DNA of 61,320 bases, counting the filler, from Sphacelaria rigidula (lineage: Eukaryota): NCBI GenBank assembly GCA_964200075.2. It is 9 parts of 9 records of this genome, joined end to end, with 100 filler letters (N's around TTAATTAATTAA, not from the genome) between each part and the next. Parts side by side here need not be neighbours in the genome. Positions count along the whole stretch, not along the records: positions 13,652 to 20,376 come from CAXNAA020018401.1; positions 20,477 to 27,200 come from CAXNAA020018402.1; 7 more parts are not named here. One strand, 5' to 3'. The position numbers were made by a program, and so were the translations under genes. The stretch's first letter is position 1. Each line of letters starts with the position of its first letter. Below are positions 13,652-26,731 of the stretch, in pieces. Below the pieces are notes generated by a model. The model was not told the origin of the DNA and searched no databases. It was given only the letters and a program-made list of their open reading frames with translations.

Positions 13652-13788
13652 TAATGATAATAATAATGATAATAATAATAATAATAATAATAATGATAAT
13701 AAAAATAATAATGATGATGATGATGATAATGATGATAATATCCCCCCTGACCTCTACTTTCTTCTCGTCAGGATGTGATTGCTCGCTC

Positions 13789-13832
<44 letters not shown>

Positions 13833-13923
13833 AATAATAATGATAATGATAATAGCAATAATAATAATAATAATGTCCCCCCTGACCCCTACTTTCTTCT
13901 CGTCAGGATGTGATTGCTCGCTC
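13652..13923. repeat. (ATA)n/(ATG)n microsatellite interrupted by a duplicated ~48-bp unique segment
   Basis: TCCCCC(C)TGACCYCTACTTTCTTCTCGTCAGGATGTGATTGCTCGCTC occurs at ~13741-13788 and ~13876-13923, each preceded by a trinucleotide tract. Confidence 0.9.
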
Positions 13924-16888
13924 GGCGTACGGAGTGAACGCCATGTGCAGGCTGTGCGACAGGCTCGTGCAATACAGAGAGGCACAAGGGCACCTACGTT
14001 TATGAGCACCCGAAGAGGGGAAGGTAAAGTTCAGGCCAAAATTGTATGCAGGTAGGATGGCTTTGCAGGGTACTTGCAGTACGGAGTGCGCTAGGGTCCC
14101 CAGGTTATCAATCGACATGTGCCGAAAACACAGGAGAATTCCGGGGTTACAGAGGTGTCGACTGCGAAAAACATACGGAGTATTCCAAAATACGTGCAAG
14201 GGCTGGGCTGTATACTTGTACCCGTATCCTCTCCGTAACACCCTAGGTTGGTTTGTCTCGTGGTTGCCTCTACAGATGTGCAGTGCAACGTGGGTGACGT
14301 GAGATTGAAGACAGCGCTAGAGCGTGAAACCGACCGCGTGAGGTCAGCCCAACCTCCTTGAATCCCTGCTTGACACTGTCGAGTTCCATGTAGCTGCCCC
14401 ATGCCAAGATTTATGAAACGTGTGCTCCTGCGACAAGCCTTTTAGCTTTTTCGCGGTCAAGGGAATGACGTGAGAGCTGGGCACCGAACACACATATACG
14501 AGTGGGCTAGGCTTCGGTTATAATGCGCGCATTTGGGTCGGGGGCACCCGAACATGGGCCTGTGATGTAAACCCCGGTCAGAACGATCAGGATTTCATTT
14601 TCATGTACTGGTTAATGGACAAGAAGAACGAAAGTCGTTGTCCTTTCGCCAGGGTGTTCGATACACTGAAAGTCGTGCGCAGGAAGTGCTGGAGGATACA
14701 GGCTGTGTTGTTGTGTAAGGCTCGACTGAAGTGGGTAAGAGCATTGGTTTGGAGACGCGGGACGCAATCTACTCTTTGGTTGGTACGCCATCATTTGAAC
14801 ATATATTGTATCACACACAAGGCGTGCATCCTCCTAGTGTCTGCTTCGCACCAGGGTACTAGAATGGTATGGCATTTTCTCGTGTCTAGGGGGAAGTTCC
14901 CTTCCCCTCCCAGACCTGCATCTCCGTTGAGTCTGTTGCAGAGAGATCGTTGTTTAGACCTATTCTCATGCTTTCAGCGAAGCAAAATCCCAGTACCGCC
15001 CCAAAATACCCCAGTGCATACACACGGCCCTCCACGAGGTTTTGCCAACGACACGGCACTCGGCGTCTCTCAGCACCGAACAAATATCCCTTGGTGCACC
15101 CGTCTAACCAGGCACAAGTCTTGCATTTCGGTCTCACGGGGAGGGCGTGACTATCCCAGCCGGCGTGGACGCTAAGTCCAGGATCTGGTACTCACTCTCG
15201 TGGGTCTCATCTTCGTCGACGCGTTCTTCGCGACCTTGTCCCAACTCTGGGTACGACGGCATACCCGCGGGGTTCAGCTTTGGCCTCATGACCCAGCAGC
15301 GAGAAGGAGCTTCGGGCCCAACACCATCGGTATCGCTTACTGGCTGGTCCTTGTGTTTCGCTCAGCGAGAATCGTTTTCCCACGCACTCACGTCCAAGAG
15401 GTATTTCTTGTTATCGCGGCTGGGTTCTTAGGTGATACCTTTTTGTGCGCCATGGTCCATCGATCGACCAATCAAATATTCCGACACGGTCGTGCGCCTA
15501 TTGCTTTTTGTAAATTGTCGACGGGGGTGATATCGACGGGGTATAATTTCTCTCGACGTTGGCACCGCACCGCAAGTCTCCCACATTTGATTTTGTGAAG
15601 AGAGAAGGAGAGGCAGGGACGGGAGAATATGAATCGAATTCAAATGACTGAGCTATCAGACGTCATGATTGTTTCATCTCAAAGGTGGCTCAAGGCGTTG
15701 AAGTTTTTCGCTGGAGTCGGAGGGCATATACAATTTTGATAGACAAGAGATGAATTACTGTGAGTCAGAGGAGTCAAACGGATGGGGTAACTATAAATGG
15801 AGAAGAGAATGGCTGTACTGGGGAGCCATAGGTACCTCAAGATTCCCCTCCACGCCCCCCCCCCCCCCCCCCCCCCCGGAAAAGGGGGAAGGCTCCCCAC
15901 CAGAGGGGCAATCTGTCCAAGGGGGGGGCACTCCATAGACCCCAAAGAACTCCCGTTCNNNNNNNNNNAGGGAGAAAGCAGGGGCGTTATTGGGGGGCCA
16001 TCGGCACCCCAACATTCCCCCCCCCCCCCCCCCCCCCCCCGCTCCTCCACGGAAAGGGAGTAGGTCTCCCAACGAGTGGGCATATCTGTCCAGTGGTGGG
16101 TCACTCGATAGACCGATAAGACTGCCTGTACATGCGTACGTAGTGTGGCTTTCAGCTGCTTTGTAACTGCTGTGGAGGATGTTGGTTTTGTCCTAACAAT
16201 GGGAGTGGGTCGGGGAGCGCATGAGGCTCCAGAATAGGGAGACATGATGACCTGTTGCGTATATAGGTAGAAATCGACATCTTCTTATGCAGCTCGCGCG
16301 TGACATAAACCACAAGCATATAAGCAAAGACATAACTTGACAGGTCCTCGTTACTACCTGAAGCAGAAAAAGCTCCGGCGGAGGTTGCCTTCAGTACTGC
16401 AGGAGCCAGACATTGCTCTGAATTTTTCTTTTGTGTGTTACTTTTTGATGAGTGCATATACTACGTGAACCCTAGGAAGGGTGCGAGAGGGCAGCCGTGA
16501 CTACGTCAGAGTATTTCCATTTTTTCCCGCACATGCACGGATGTGCCCCCTCGTCGTATTTGCATACGGTCCAATGTTGTGTCCTGTCCCTCGCGATTTT
16601 TACGACCCGCTCAACGTTTTTTCAGCTTCCATGAACTACATTGTTGAGGGTTGGCCGGGCTTTTCTTGCGGAATGTTTTGGATATTATTCCGAAATGGTC
16701 ATTACTTCACGCTCTATTCGTCAGGGAAAAATATCTCGGCTGTGGAAGTATTCCGTGTTTTGTATTCAGTCTTGCGTGCATGCGCGTGTAAAATAGATGA
16801 TGTTGCCCGTGTTCTGGCGCTGCGGTAGCCGTGGTGTTGGCTCGCCACTTTTGCTTTCCCGTGCAATTGGCGCCGGAGCAATTTGCAG

Positions 16889-16928
<40 letters not shown>

Positions 16929-17556
16929 TGTTGTCGTCCTCGGCGCGACTGGTGCTTGAAAATCAAATCTGTTCTGTTTTCCAGTACAACTATCCGTTTT
17001 TGTGGTGAAAAGAAGTGAAACGATCTTGGTGATGTTGGTGTTTGTTGGTTGTTTCTGGTTCGTTTTTCGTTTGATTATTAATTTTGTAATTTGAAGCAAC
17101 CGATTGCTGGCACGTTTCGAAGGATTTGCCAGTTCCGTTCCATTTTTTTATTATTCTTTATTTTTTTCAGGTGACATGCTGCGGTAAAGGAGTATGATTC
17201 GGCGATGACCCGTACGCAACACCATTTCACTTCACAAGTGGGTGGAGTCCGCGTTTCGTGTTTGTACACATTCGAATTGGTGGGTGTTGTGATTGAATTT
17301 GTGAGTTCATTTTTATATGTTTCAGACTTGTCCGACAGGCGAACGGGCACTTGTTGCCGTCGGCATGCATGGCCAAGTGTTCCGAACGGCCATGGTTGTG
17401 GAGACTCTCAATGGAAGGAGTGTCCTGTCAGCAGCCTCCGTGGAGGACGAGATACTTGCTCCATATCGGTGACATCATGAGCTGGCGTCCATCGAATCCG
17501 TCACTGTTCGAATGGAGGATCACTCAACGGAGGTTTTCCTCGCAGACTATTTTTAA

Positions 17557-17996
17557 CACGGGATCTTACAAATTTGGGATGGATTTTCTATTGGGGATGA
17601 GAAACCCGGAGAATTAATATCTTCGTATCCACACCAAATCTTCGAAATATTTTCCCATTTCTTCATCTACTGATAGCTATTGACAACTGCTACACGCCAT
17701 AGAAATATGGGCTTCGATCACCGAAATGTTGGGATCCTAGGTGAAAAACCAATTTTGAGGAATTCCGCGTGTCCGAACGGACGCCAACATGATTCCGAAA
17801 TTGGATTTTCATCTAGGATCCCAACATTTCGGTGATCGAAGCCCAAATTTCTATGGTGTGTAGCAGTTGTCAATAGCTATCAGTAGGTGAAGAAATGGAA
17901 CCATATTTCGAAGATTTGGTGTGGATACGGAGATTTGAATTCTACAGGTTTCTCATCCCCAATGAAAGATCCATCCCCAATTAGTAAGATCGCGTG
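17557..17996. mobile_element. Foldback MITE (~440 bp, ~200-bp inverted arms), CACGGG...C(G/C)CGTG ends, TTAA on the left flank
   Basis: Arms pair (CTACTGATAGCTATTGACAACTGCTACAC / GTGTAGCAGTTGTCAATAGCTATCAGTAG); a diverged second copy lies at 19056-19472. Confidence 0.85.
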
Positions 17997-18658
17997 TTCT
18001 TTGGTTTTCACTTGAACGTTGTGCGATCTGTAAACAATGGAAGAAGAAACAGGGCTTTCAAGCCGAATGTCTCCCTGCTTGCGTTGTCCGTGCTCAAGGA
18101 CGCAAAGGGCCCGGTATCGTGAGGGTAACTACTGGTCTCTCGTTCCAAAGACGCGATGCTAATCTGTAGCGGGCTCAATAAGTTGTTCAAAAATAATCAA
18201 AGCTGAGACTGGATGGGTCTTCCCCGGCAAGATCAGAGTTGGTTTGATCGGACGAGCATACCTTAGGACCCCAAACTTGCGACTGTGTGCTTGTAATCTC
18301 CCCGCAGCGATCGGTTAGGCCGTAGGCCGTCCCAAAATAATCATAGAAATGATTTTACGGTCACAATTTGTTTTAGTCATTCATATTTTCTTCATCCCCA
18401 TACTTCTATATCAAGATTTCGCCGCGATGAGTCATGGTGAACAAAACCATGGGAATATAACCTTTCAACCAGAAAATTCTCCGTTCGAATGTTTCGAATA
18501 TCGACCGGTATGTACAAGGAAGGGGGTATATTCCTAACTAAACAAACCCATCGCTTTTTTTTTTCGCTTGTGCCCGGCCTTTCAAAACATGAACGATCCC
18601 TCTGGAGGCATGCTGCATAATGGACATGGCGGCAATGAAGACATAGATTTACATGTCT

Positions 18659-18968
18659 AACAATGTTTTCGTGAGATTGAGAAAATAGGCTACGATTGAG
18701 AGATAGCGGCGGTCAATTGATCAATAATGAAATAGTTTTACGCCCCTGCGAGCCTTATGCGAGTCTTGATACGATTGTTTTGTAGTTGCTTGCCACTAAA
18801 TCCTTTGATATTCCCAAGTATTCTTTGATATTCCTGAGTAGGATATCGACGTGTAGCTATTAGGACACCGCAGTGTAGTAGGACTACGGAGAATACACAC
18901 AAAATGAACAATTGTTCAAGTTAGAGCGAATAGTAAGACTTACTCTCAATCAGCCCTAGACTCTCACT
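18659..18968 (+). repeat. Dispersed repeat; empty-site paralog of 55230-55725
   Basis: Shares AACAATGTTTTCGTGAGATTGAGA and CCTGAGTAGGATATCGACGTGTAGCT with 55230-55725, which carries an extra MITE between these blocks. Confidence 0.75.
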
Positions 18969-19055
18969 CACGGAAACATGGTTGTTTGTGGAAAGCTGCG
19001 GATTGCAACTATCCGTCGATGCACGAGTGCGTGTTGCAAGCCGATATGTACGTGA

Positions 19056-19472
19056 CGCGGGATATCACCAAGGGGAACGGGTTTTTATGGAGAACGAGAA
19101 CCCGCAGAAATAGTTTACACACCACATATTCGGAATATGGCTCCATTTCTTCACTTGCTGGGAGCCGCTGACAAGTACTACACGCCATACAAATTTTGAT
19201 TTCGATAAACGAAATGCTAGAGTCCTACGTTAAAAAACAATTTTAGGGGCCGATCGGATCATCTCAATTCCCCAAACCTGTTTTTTCACCCGGGACCCCA
19301 ACATGTCGGTTACCAGGATCCAAGTTCGTATGGCGTGTAGTAGTTGTCAATAGCTATCAGTAGGTGTAGGAATGACACTATATTTCGAGTATTTGGTGTG
19401 GATACGAAGATTTGAATTCTCCGGAATCTCATCCTCAATAAAAAACCCATCCCCAGTTTGTCAAATCCCGTG
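19056..19472. mobile_element. Second, more diverged copy of the foldback MITE at 17557-17996
   Basis: Right arm GTGTAGTAGTTGTCAATAGCTATCAGTAGGTG...TTTGGTGTGGATACGAAGATTTGAATTCT...CCCGTG matches copy 1. Confidence 0.8.
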
Positions 19473-20476
19473 TTACTTCCTACTGTGCTGGTGGCGAAAG
19501 AAAGAACAACACACTGGAACGAGGTACTATTGTTTCGAGTCATCTCAGATCCCAAAATATGTAGAATCGGCATTCAGAATCACTTCCGCCATACGGAGCC
19601 CGGGACGTATTCCCGTGAATCCTGAAGCATGGAAACGAGTTTTTCTTTGTGGGAACGACGAAAACAAGTAAGTGGAGCTCAAATTTGTGCGAAATCCCTC
19701 CACGGCACCGAGGAGACGGGAGGCCCCCAACAGTTTCAAGAAGAAAGCGTAGAGGTTGTGTGGGACAACCTTGACAATGAAATTCGGGTCGTTTGTCTCC
19801 GGACCCAAGCGCCTCGTGTTCGGCCCTGGAATTTGTTTTCCCTCTCACCCAAAATGTGAAAAAATGCTCTTACTGAAATTTCAGAACACGCGACAAGTCC
19901 CTTCAGACCACTTAAGTATACTGTAAATGTTCTACGTACATTTCCCCCTTTGCAATCGTTGGGGAACTGTCGAGTCTAATGAGAGTTTGAGCGAGGGGCC
20001 CCACGCCGGGAAATCCATGCACCACCGCTACCCCCCCCCCTACCCGCGGTCGAGAATGAGGATAATGCCAAATCAATTCGGGAAAAACCTTTTTCTTCCT
20101 ATTCCTCCACTAGAATACGGAATTGAACGATCGTTTAGATATCTCCGGGTTCGCCTCAACGTGAGCAGCCCAAAACTGAGGAGTTTTGGTGTGTCAATTG
20201 CTCTTGTGGCGATCGGAGAGCAATTTTTCTGGCTGGAAAATGACTGTTGAGTCGCGGCGATCACTGGATAATGAATATCGTGTCCTCCGGCTTCTACAAG
20301 ACCGGTTTAAGGGCTGAATCTCCTACTCAGCGCTGTGGTCTATGTGTAAGAAAAGGTCGTGGGACCTCTGTTGTTGNNNNNNNNNNNNNNNNNNNNNNNN
20401 NNNNNNNNNNNNNNNNNNNNTTAATTAATTAANNNNNNNNNNNNNNNNNNNNNNNNNNNNNNNNNNNNNNNNNNNN

Positions 20477-20550
20477 GATAATGATGCGCCCACATATCCC
20501 GAAAGGGGTAGACTGGCGTCCAGAATAAATGGGACGACAACACACACACA
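20477..20550 (+). mobile_element. 3' end of the tRNA-derived SINE family with a (CA)n tail
   Basis: GATGCGCCCACATATCCCGAAAGGGGTAGACTGGCGTCCAGAATAAATGGGACGACAACACACACACA is the reverse complement of the ends of the copies at 23812 and 54268. Confidence 0.75.
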
Positions 20551-20866
20551 TACCTATGATACCTACGATACCACGGTATTTCGAGATTTCAATACCTCCC
20601 GTACCCGCTCAATCCGATATTTTCATAACTCATACCTACAGTACCTACGATACCAGGGTATTTCGAACCGGCCCAATCCGGTATTTTGAAATGCCGTACC
20701 TACGATACCTACGATACCAAGGTATTTCGAGATTGCATTACCTACCGTACCGGCTCAATCCGGCATTTTGACATGTCATACCTACGATACCTACGCATAC
20801 CACGGTATGGGATATCCCGGTAAATACCGGAGGTACGCTCGGTACGGTACCTTACCTACGCTACCT
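20551..20866. repeat. Imperfect ~70-80-bp tandem repeat (ATACCTACGATACCTACGATACC..GGTATTTCGA), possibly subterminal repeats of a DNA transposon end
   Basis: About four units, starting near 20550, 20632, 20696 and 20778; the array ends ...GCTACCTG. Confidence 0.7.
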
Positions 20867-22317
20867 GTGCAACATTCGTCAAAATTCGGCTGAAAAAGGT
20901 ACAAATTGGTCGAAATCGGCCTAACACTGGTCAAATTTGACCCACATTTTTTCCGTAATACCAACTCCGATTTCTTCCCTTTTTTTCATGAGCATCTCCG
21001 TGACTGCATCGTTGCAACGACTCCAACTATAGCATCGCACACCCTTCCGTTCAAAAGATATGATCCACACGTCGGACACATCATTATCTGAGTCATCTGA
21101 GTCATGAAGGTCAAGTGTGAGCATACTTGTGTACACGATTCAAATGACACAGTCAGAGCAGCCAGTCATGGAAAGGTGCTCGTGATCCTGGTATCATCGA
21201 TGACGAGGCAGGTATCTTGTACGGGTTATGAGGGTACACAAGTTGCTGTTGGCGTTGCGAGACACCTGATTCGGATCAAACAGGTGTGTCCAAGGATATC
21301 ATGTACAGATCGAAAGAGTATACGAATCAACAGTGGCAGATTCGTACGGATGCTCGGCTGATACAGATCACCATGAAGCGGACTTGTAGAACTCACAGTG
21401 TCATACAGATCGTTCATCAGGATTTGTGTACGGAGCGATCGCGTTCTGCAGGTCACAAACCGAGAATTGTGTATAGGTTAAACGGGTCATACAGATACAG
21501 ATCAACCATTTACCACACAGGCTTGCGGGAGGTACCCGCGCTTCATTAACGTCGGCAGTGTACACGTTAAGGACTCTTCCCGGGAAATGTTTGTCAGACC
21601 CTGGTTGAACAGCGTCATGATGACTCGAAAGAGCATACAGCACCATATCCTTTCTTCTTTTTCCCGCAGCGCATGAGTGCGCACCCTGAACGAGGAAATT
21701 CGAAAACAGTCGTCCGTACTGCCGCTGGCATAACTGAACATACGTCTCATCTACGCAAATCACAACCCTGCAGGTCTAGGGCTATCATCGTTTCCCTCCG
21801 ACCCAACAACGAACACATCGAGCTGCCCTTCTGCGAATGTTTGACGTTGTTGTTGCACTGCTAATGCTAGTGCTCAGAGGCTGCTGCTGTGGTTTCTAAC
21901 CGAGTGAAGCGAATGGGGGCGGCCGTCATCATCGTGATGCTTGTTGTGAGAGATGACCTCGCGCCTTAGCTCATTATATATTCTGTTTCTTCCACACCTA
22001 CACTGTTTTGAGCATGCAAGTAGGTCAAATTTCCACGGTGAGACTCGTACACGTCACTAGTCAGTCCTGGGCAGGGATTATGGCTCAACGGTAGGGGTGC
22101 GCTTTTCATAGGTTTTACTTATTATGTAAGGATGTTCTTTTTTTTAAATCGTCTTTCTTGAAAATAATGATGGGTCCCATGCACACTGCACCCGTGCTAG
22201 TTTAATGAGTAAGAGCCTAGCTTCTCAGCCCATTTTTTTTAATGCTGCACACTAGATTTTAGGGTCCAGATTTTTGTCATGGACAAACCCCAACAGTGCA
22301 GATCCTCGGGGGGAAAA

Positions 22318-22428
22318 AACACGGCACTTATCCTTACACATCGAAATATTGAATATCGTGACACGTCAAAAGTCAAGCGTCGGGCCAAGTACTATGGTGG
22401 GGGACCACGTGGGGAGCCCTGTTCGAAG
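22318..22428 (+). pseudogene. 5S rRNA-derived sequence (pseudogene or SINE3-type head)
   Basis: AAGTCAAGCGTCGGGCC (box A-like) followed by AGTACTATGGTGGGGGACCACGTGGGGAGCCC (IE/box C region of eukaryotic 5S); the 5' part ACGGC..ACACATCGA is degenerate and has deletions. Confidence 0.7.
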
Positions 22429-23811
22429 TCAAGTCAAGTCAAGGCTGCCCACCTCGTCTCCTACCGTCGTACTAGCCTAGCTCAACTTCGGACGTGCAGA
22501 GATGAGTGCCCCGGGAAAAACATGTGCACATCTGCCGAGTAACGACTCGGAAGAAATATGCGAGCTTCATGTTCCATGTGCGTAGGCTGTCATTGTCAAC
22601 CTACGGACTTGTGAACGTGCACGATGTACCCGGGTCATACAGATTAGCAGGTGAGATATACTGCAAAATTGTTTATTGTTTGCTGGATTCGGATCTTCGG
22701 GGTGCGGGAAACTGCTTCTTGTATACTGGATTCAGTATCCACAGGCAGGTTAGCGGTAGCTTCTGGTATACATGGGACTCGAATCGCACGGGTGTATGAC
22801 AAGCTGCTGCATTGAATGAGCCGATTTATAAAGATGACAACTATTATGTGATATTGTGCGGATGACAGTTCTGCAGATCAGTTGTGCATGAACCTGTATG
22901 ACTCAGGCAGTACAGCTCGTCACTGGGCAATCATGTACGGGTCAAGCGGGCCCTACAGATCACCATCAGACAAGCGTGCACAGTTGACAGCACACCTCGG
23001 ACAGGTCCCGATCTATTCCCCAAATAGCCGGCCCGGATCTGTCACGACCTGATCTGTTCGACGTGTGACATTATCCGCGCGCCATAATCGGCTTCACTCA
23101 TGTGTCGGAGGAAGTAGGTATTGTACGGCTCAAAAAGATGCAAGAAGACAAGAGCACAAAATCTGCAACATGCTGAACTCCCACCATCCGCCGTCGTGAG
23201 CAACTCTAGGTACAGAAAGCAATCTATTCTCGTCACACTTTTAGTAAAGGTCATCGTATCTACGCTCTTCACGGGGAAAATCAAAACGAAAGAATAATCT
23301 CTCGAACAAATTTTTGGCTTCGTCAAAAATGGCAACATACATGAAACTGTCTCTAGGTACACGACAACAACAGCCAAAAAAGCGAACCAATCAACATCAA
23401 CCGTTTTTGGACCCGTCAAAAGAGGGATGTTGCAAGGGGAGGTCGCGTAGAGGATACTCAATTGCGGGGTATTTTGGAAGTCGTACTCAAAGTACACAAA
23501 TTGGGGGTAGGGTTTTAGGGATCGCTTTCCGGTTATTTTTACGGTACGACTCCCAATACTCAACCCTAACTTGAGTACCTCAAGTACGTCTTCCGAAATA
23601 CTCCGCAATTGAGTATACTCTACTCGACCTGCCTTTGAAAAGTTGCGCAACGACCGGGGTAATGGCTGAAAGTCGGAGTGTTGGAGAAGCAGTCGTGAAA
23701 ATCACTATATCCTTCTCTGTGAACGTCACACTTCCACCCCCCCCTCCTCGGGAGAAGTCGATAACCTCAAGGAGGAATCAACCGATTTCTACCCCGACGA
23801 AATACACTACG

Positions 23812-24156
23812 CGTGTGTGGTGTCATCCCATCCGGTCTGGACGTAAGTCTACATCTCTCGGTATATATGGGCGCATCAGCGGGGGTCACACAGGAGGGGT
23901 TTCTTTCAGTTTTTTCTTCAATTCTCCGCCTTCGTCCTGCGATGCTTGCCTCGTTTTTTATCGCGAGAAGGATTCAGCTGTCCCCTTCCCTCGTCAACCG
24001 TGAAGTTGAATATTTGTGTGCCCTCCGTGACAGTCGCTCTCCACAGTTGAGCGAGATGCGAAAAATAAGCCCGAATCGAGTGACGTCACCGAGCTTCGAA
24101 CCCACGTCCCACCGTCAGGGGGTTTCGAGGTTGCCAACGCGGTTCCCGGGGGGCGA
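23812..24156 (-). mobile_element. tRNA-derived SINE, near full length
   Basis: The minus-strand head contains a B-box (GTGGGTTCGAAGCTC); the body is shared with 54268-54496 and 20477-20550; (CA)-rich tail. Confidence 0.75.
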
Positions 24157-24349
24157 TAAGCTCTTAATGACGAAATATTCAAGGTTGTGTCATTTTTGTA
24201 GGGTACACCGGCTATCGGTACCTAGGGTGTTGGTAATACGAAATGTGCCGACCAGAATCTTGCTATATCCCAGTCATTCGGCCAGTGCGCTGTTCAGATG
24301 CTCGGTGCACTCAGGTGCCTTGTCGGCCAGCGTCGTACGGGTGCGTATC

Positions 24350-24916
24350 AAGTACTTGATGAGGTTTGGGCGCCAGGAAAGAAGACTACACGGTGTGTTC
24401 TTTAAGCCAATGCCCGCTCTTGGACCCCGGAGGATCAACGAGGTCATCGGGGCATGTTCCTGATATAGTTGTGTCCTGCCTCCGTGGTTGTTGCGACAGG
24501 TCGAATACGATGTCGACGAGATTGCCGTCGAGACGTTTTAAAGGCGAAGGCAAGCAGGCATGGAACGTCTGTGCGACAAGAAGCGGTAAGAGCTCTTGTG
24601 GTGACCGTGCTCAGTACCGCTTCGTTGCGTTACGAAGCGATACTGAGCACGTAGCACGACAAGAGCTCTTACCGCTTCTTGTCGCATAGACAGACGTTCC
24701 ATGCCTGCCTCCGTCTGCCTCCCGAACGTCTCGACGGCAATCTCGTCGACATCGCATTCGACCTGTCGCGACAACCACGGAGGCAGGACACAACTATATT
24801 ATAGTAGGAACATGCCCTGATGACCTCGGTGATCCTCCGGGGTCCGAGTGCGGGCATCGGCTTCAAAAAACACCGTGTAGTCTTCTTTCCTGGCGCCCAA
24901 ACCTCGTCAACTACTT
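24350..24916. repeat. ~570-bp inverted repeat (hairpin) with a 6-nt loop
   Basis: Arms pair along their length (e.g. TTTGGGCGCCAGGAAAGAAGACTACACGGTG / CACCGTGTAGTCTTCTTTCCTGGCGCCCAAA); axis CGCTTCGT-tgcgtt-ACGAAGCG at 24626-24631; scattered mismatches and small indels. Confidence 0.95.
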
Positions 24917-26731
24917 CGTCCTGTGCAGTATAACTCATACTGTGGCCCCACTGTCTCCTTGAGAACAGCAGTGATCCACCTCGCGAGAGGCCACCGTTTT
25001 GCACGTCTTGATTTTCATGGTGGACGACTCGTAATTTCTCTCTCGTTCTCGTGAAACATCTGGTAGGAAGGTGTATGTTTCGCATTCCTGAATCACTTCG
25101 CTGGGAGTGCATGTCCCGAAACAAGATTCTAGGAGGAAATACTGGATATCCCATCGTTACTCATAATCAACACGAGCGACCTGTAGTACACCAGTAGAAC
25201 CAAACCCGTGGACAGGGTGCGCCATTCTCTGTTTGATACTTGATGGCGATTATCGCTGTGTTACGGGCACAGTCCACACGGCCTGGTGCATGACAACGTC
25301 TAGTTGTGTCCACGGTGTTCAGAACATGATGGGTCCTGCGTCGTGTTGATCGCAGTGTTTTCCACGGGAACTCCGTCAAAGAAGCAGCGAACAAGAACAC
25401 TGTGCGCCTGCTCGCCAGCGTTTCCCCGCTCGAGAGAGGCACGGAGTTCTCTCTCGGTACATGTTCAGGATTGTTTTTCTTTCAGACCATTGAAGCGCTG
25501 TCAGAGACGAGCATAACCCCATTGAACATTTCGCGTGCAGCAAACTATCAAACGTATCACTCCCATAGCTTGTGTTTCCCAGCTCCTGCTGAGAAAAACA
25601 CCACTGTTCAGTCTGTCGGGAGGCAAACTTGGGGAGTCATGGTCATGGAACAGTTTTGCACCATTGGAGAAGGGCGGGGGTGGGGGGTGGGGGGTGGGGG
25701 TGAAAGGCAACGATTCTACTCGACAGTAATAATATACTTCTCTGTGCCGTTAGTAAAGCCCATTGTGGGCGTTTAATCGTTTGGGTATTTCAACGTTGAC
25801 GAACATCCTATGGTCGGATTCGTTAGAGAGATAAAGTACAGACGAAGCTGGTGAAAATTAGAAGAACGGGAAAAAAAACTCGTTTTAATCACTGAAATTA
25901 TGTCGAAATATACCTCATTTTGATCCAATTTTACCCCATCATTGGCCGATTTTGGAAGTTTTCACATCGAGTACTAGCAATCACATGCGAACAACATGTT
26001 GGATGGGGTGTGCGTAGGGTAAAATCACGGACATGTCCAAAATCAATGGTGGTTTTGCGATTTCCACATCTTGTGGTCCATTTTTCGCGATTTTTCGTGT
26101 TCCCGGGCCTCTCATGCTTTCCTGGAGAAACGAACGAAAAATATGACCGTTTTTGGACCGACCTACTTTTTCTCGGCCGCGCGGCTGCATGGGTCAAGTA
26201 CCCACGGTGTAGAAAAAATGTTGGTTTTAGCTAAAAAAACGCCTACGAATGCAATGAAAATATCGAAAATCAAGTATCACACCGTCAAGGGCCCGTGTAA
26301 TCATAACGGACTCTACCTATGGCACAGGGGCAGTATACCTGTTTTCGGTGAAAGCCGGCGGATCGCGGGGTGCTGATAATATCATCATCCAACGCTCGAC
26401 AGTCAGGTGCAACGCAACAACCAGGGGAGAGATGAGTCTATTCCTTGAGACGACAGCCATGCCGGCGAACTTGGGCAGACGAGAGGGTACGACCAGAAGC
26501 GAGAAATGGAACAGAACAACCATGACGGGAAAAAAAAAAACTCACAAATCGACGTAAAAAAAAAAAACAGGTGAAACTTGCTAGAAATATCCCGCTCTCG
26601 TCACATCCAAAACATTACAGCGCACTCGGCTAACCAAGCCGAAACATGCGAGATGATCGCAAAACAAATGTATATGCATACCGCACACGCGTCCTACAAC
26701 ACAACTGCAGTCCAAAAATGTACATACATAC

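Noticed and set aside
13596..14055. Poly-Ile/poly-Met ORFs
   Set aside because: Translation of an (ATA/ATG)n microsatellite; one of the ORFs runs into the spacer
20551..20866. CRISPR-like repeat-spacer array
   Set aside because: Units are degenerate along their whole length, spacers are not unique, the context is eukaryotic and there are no cas genes
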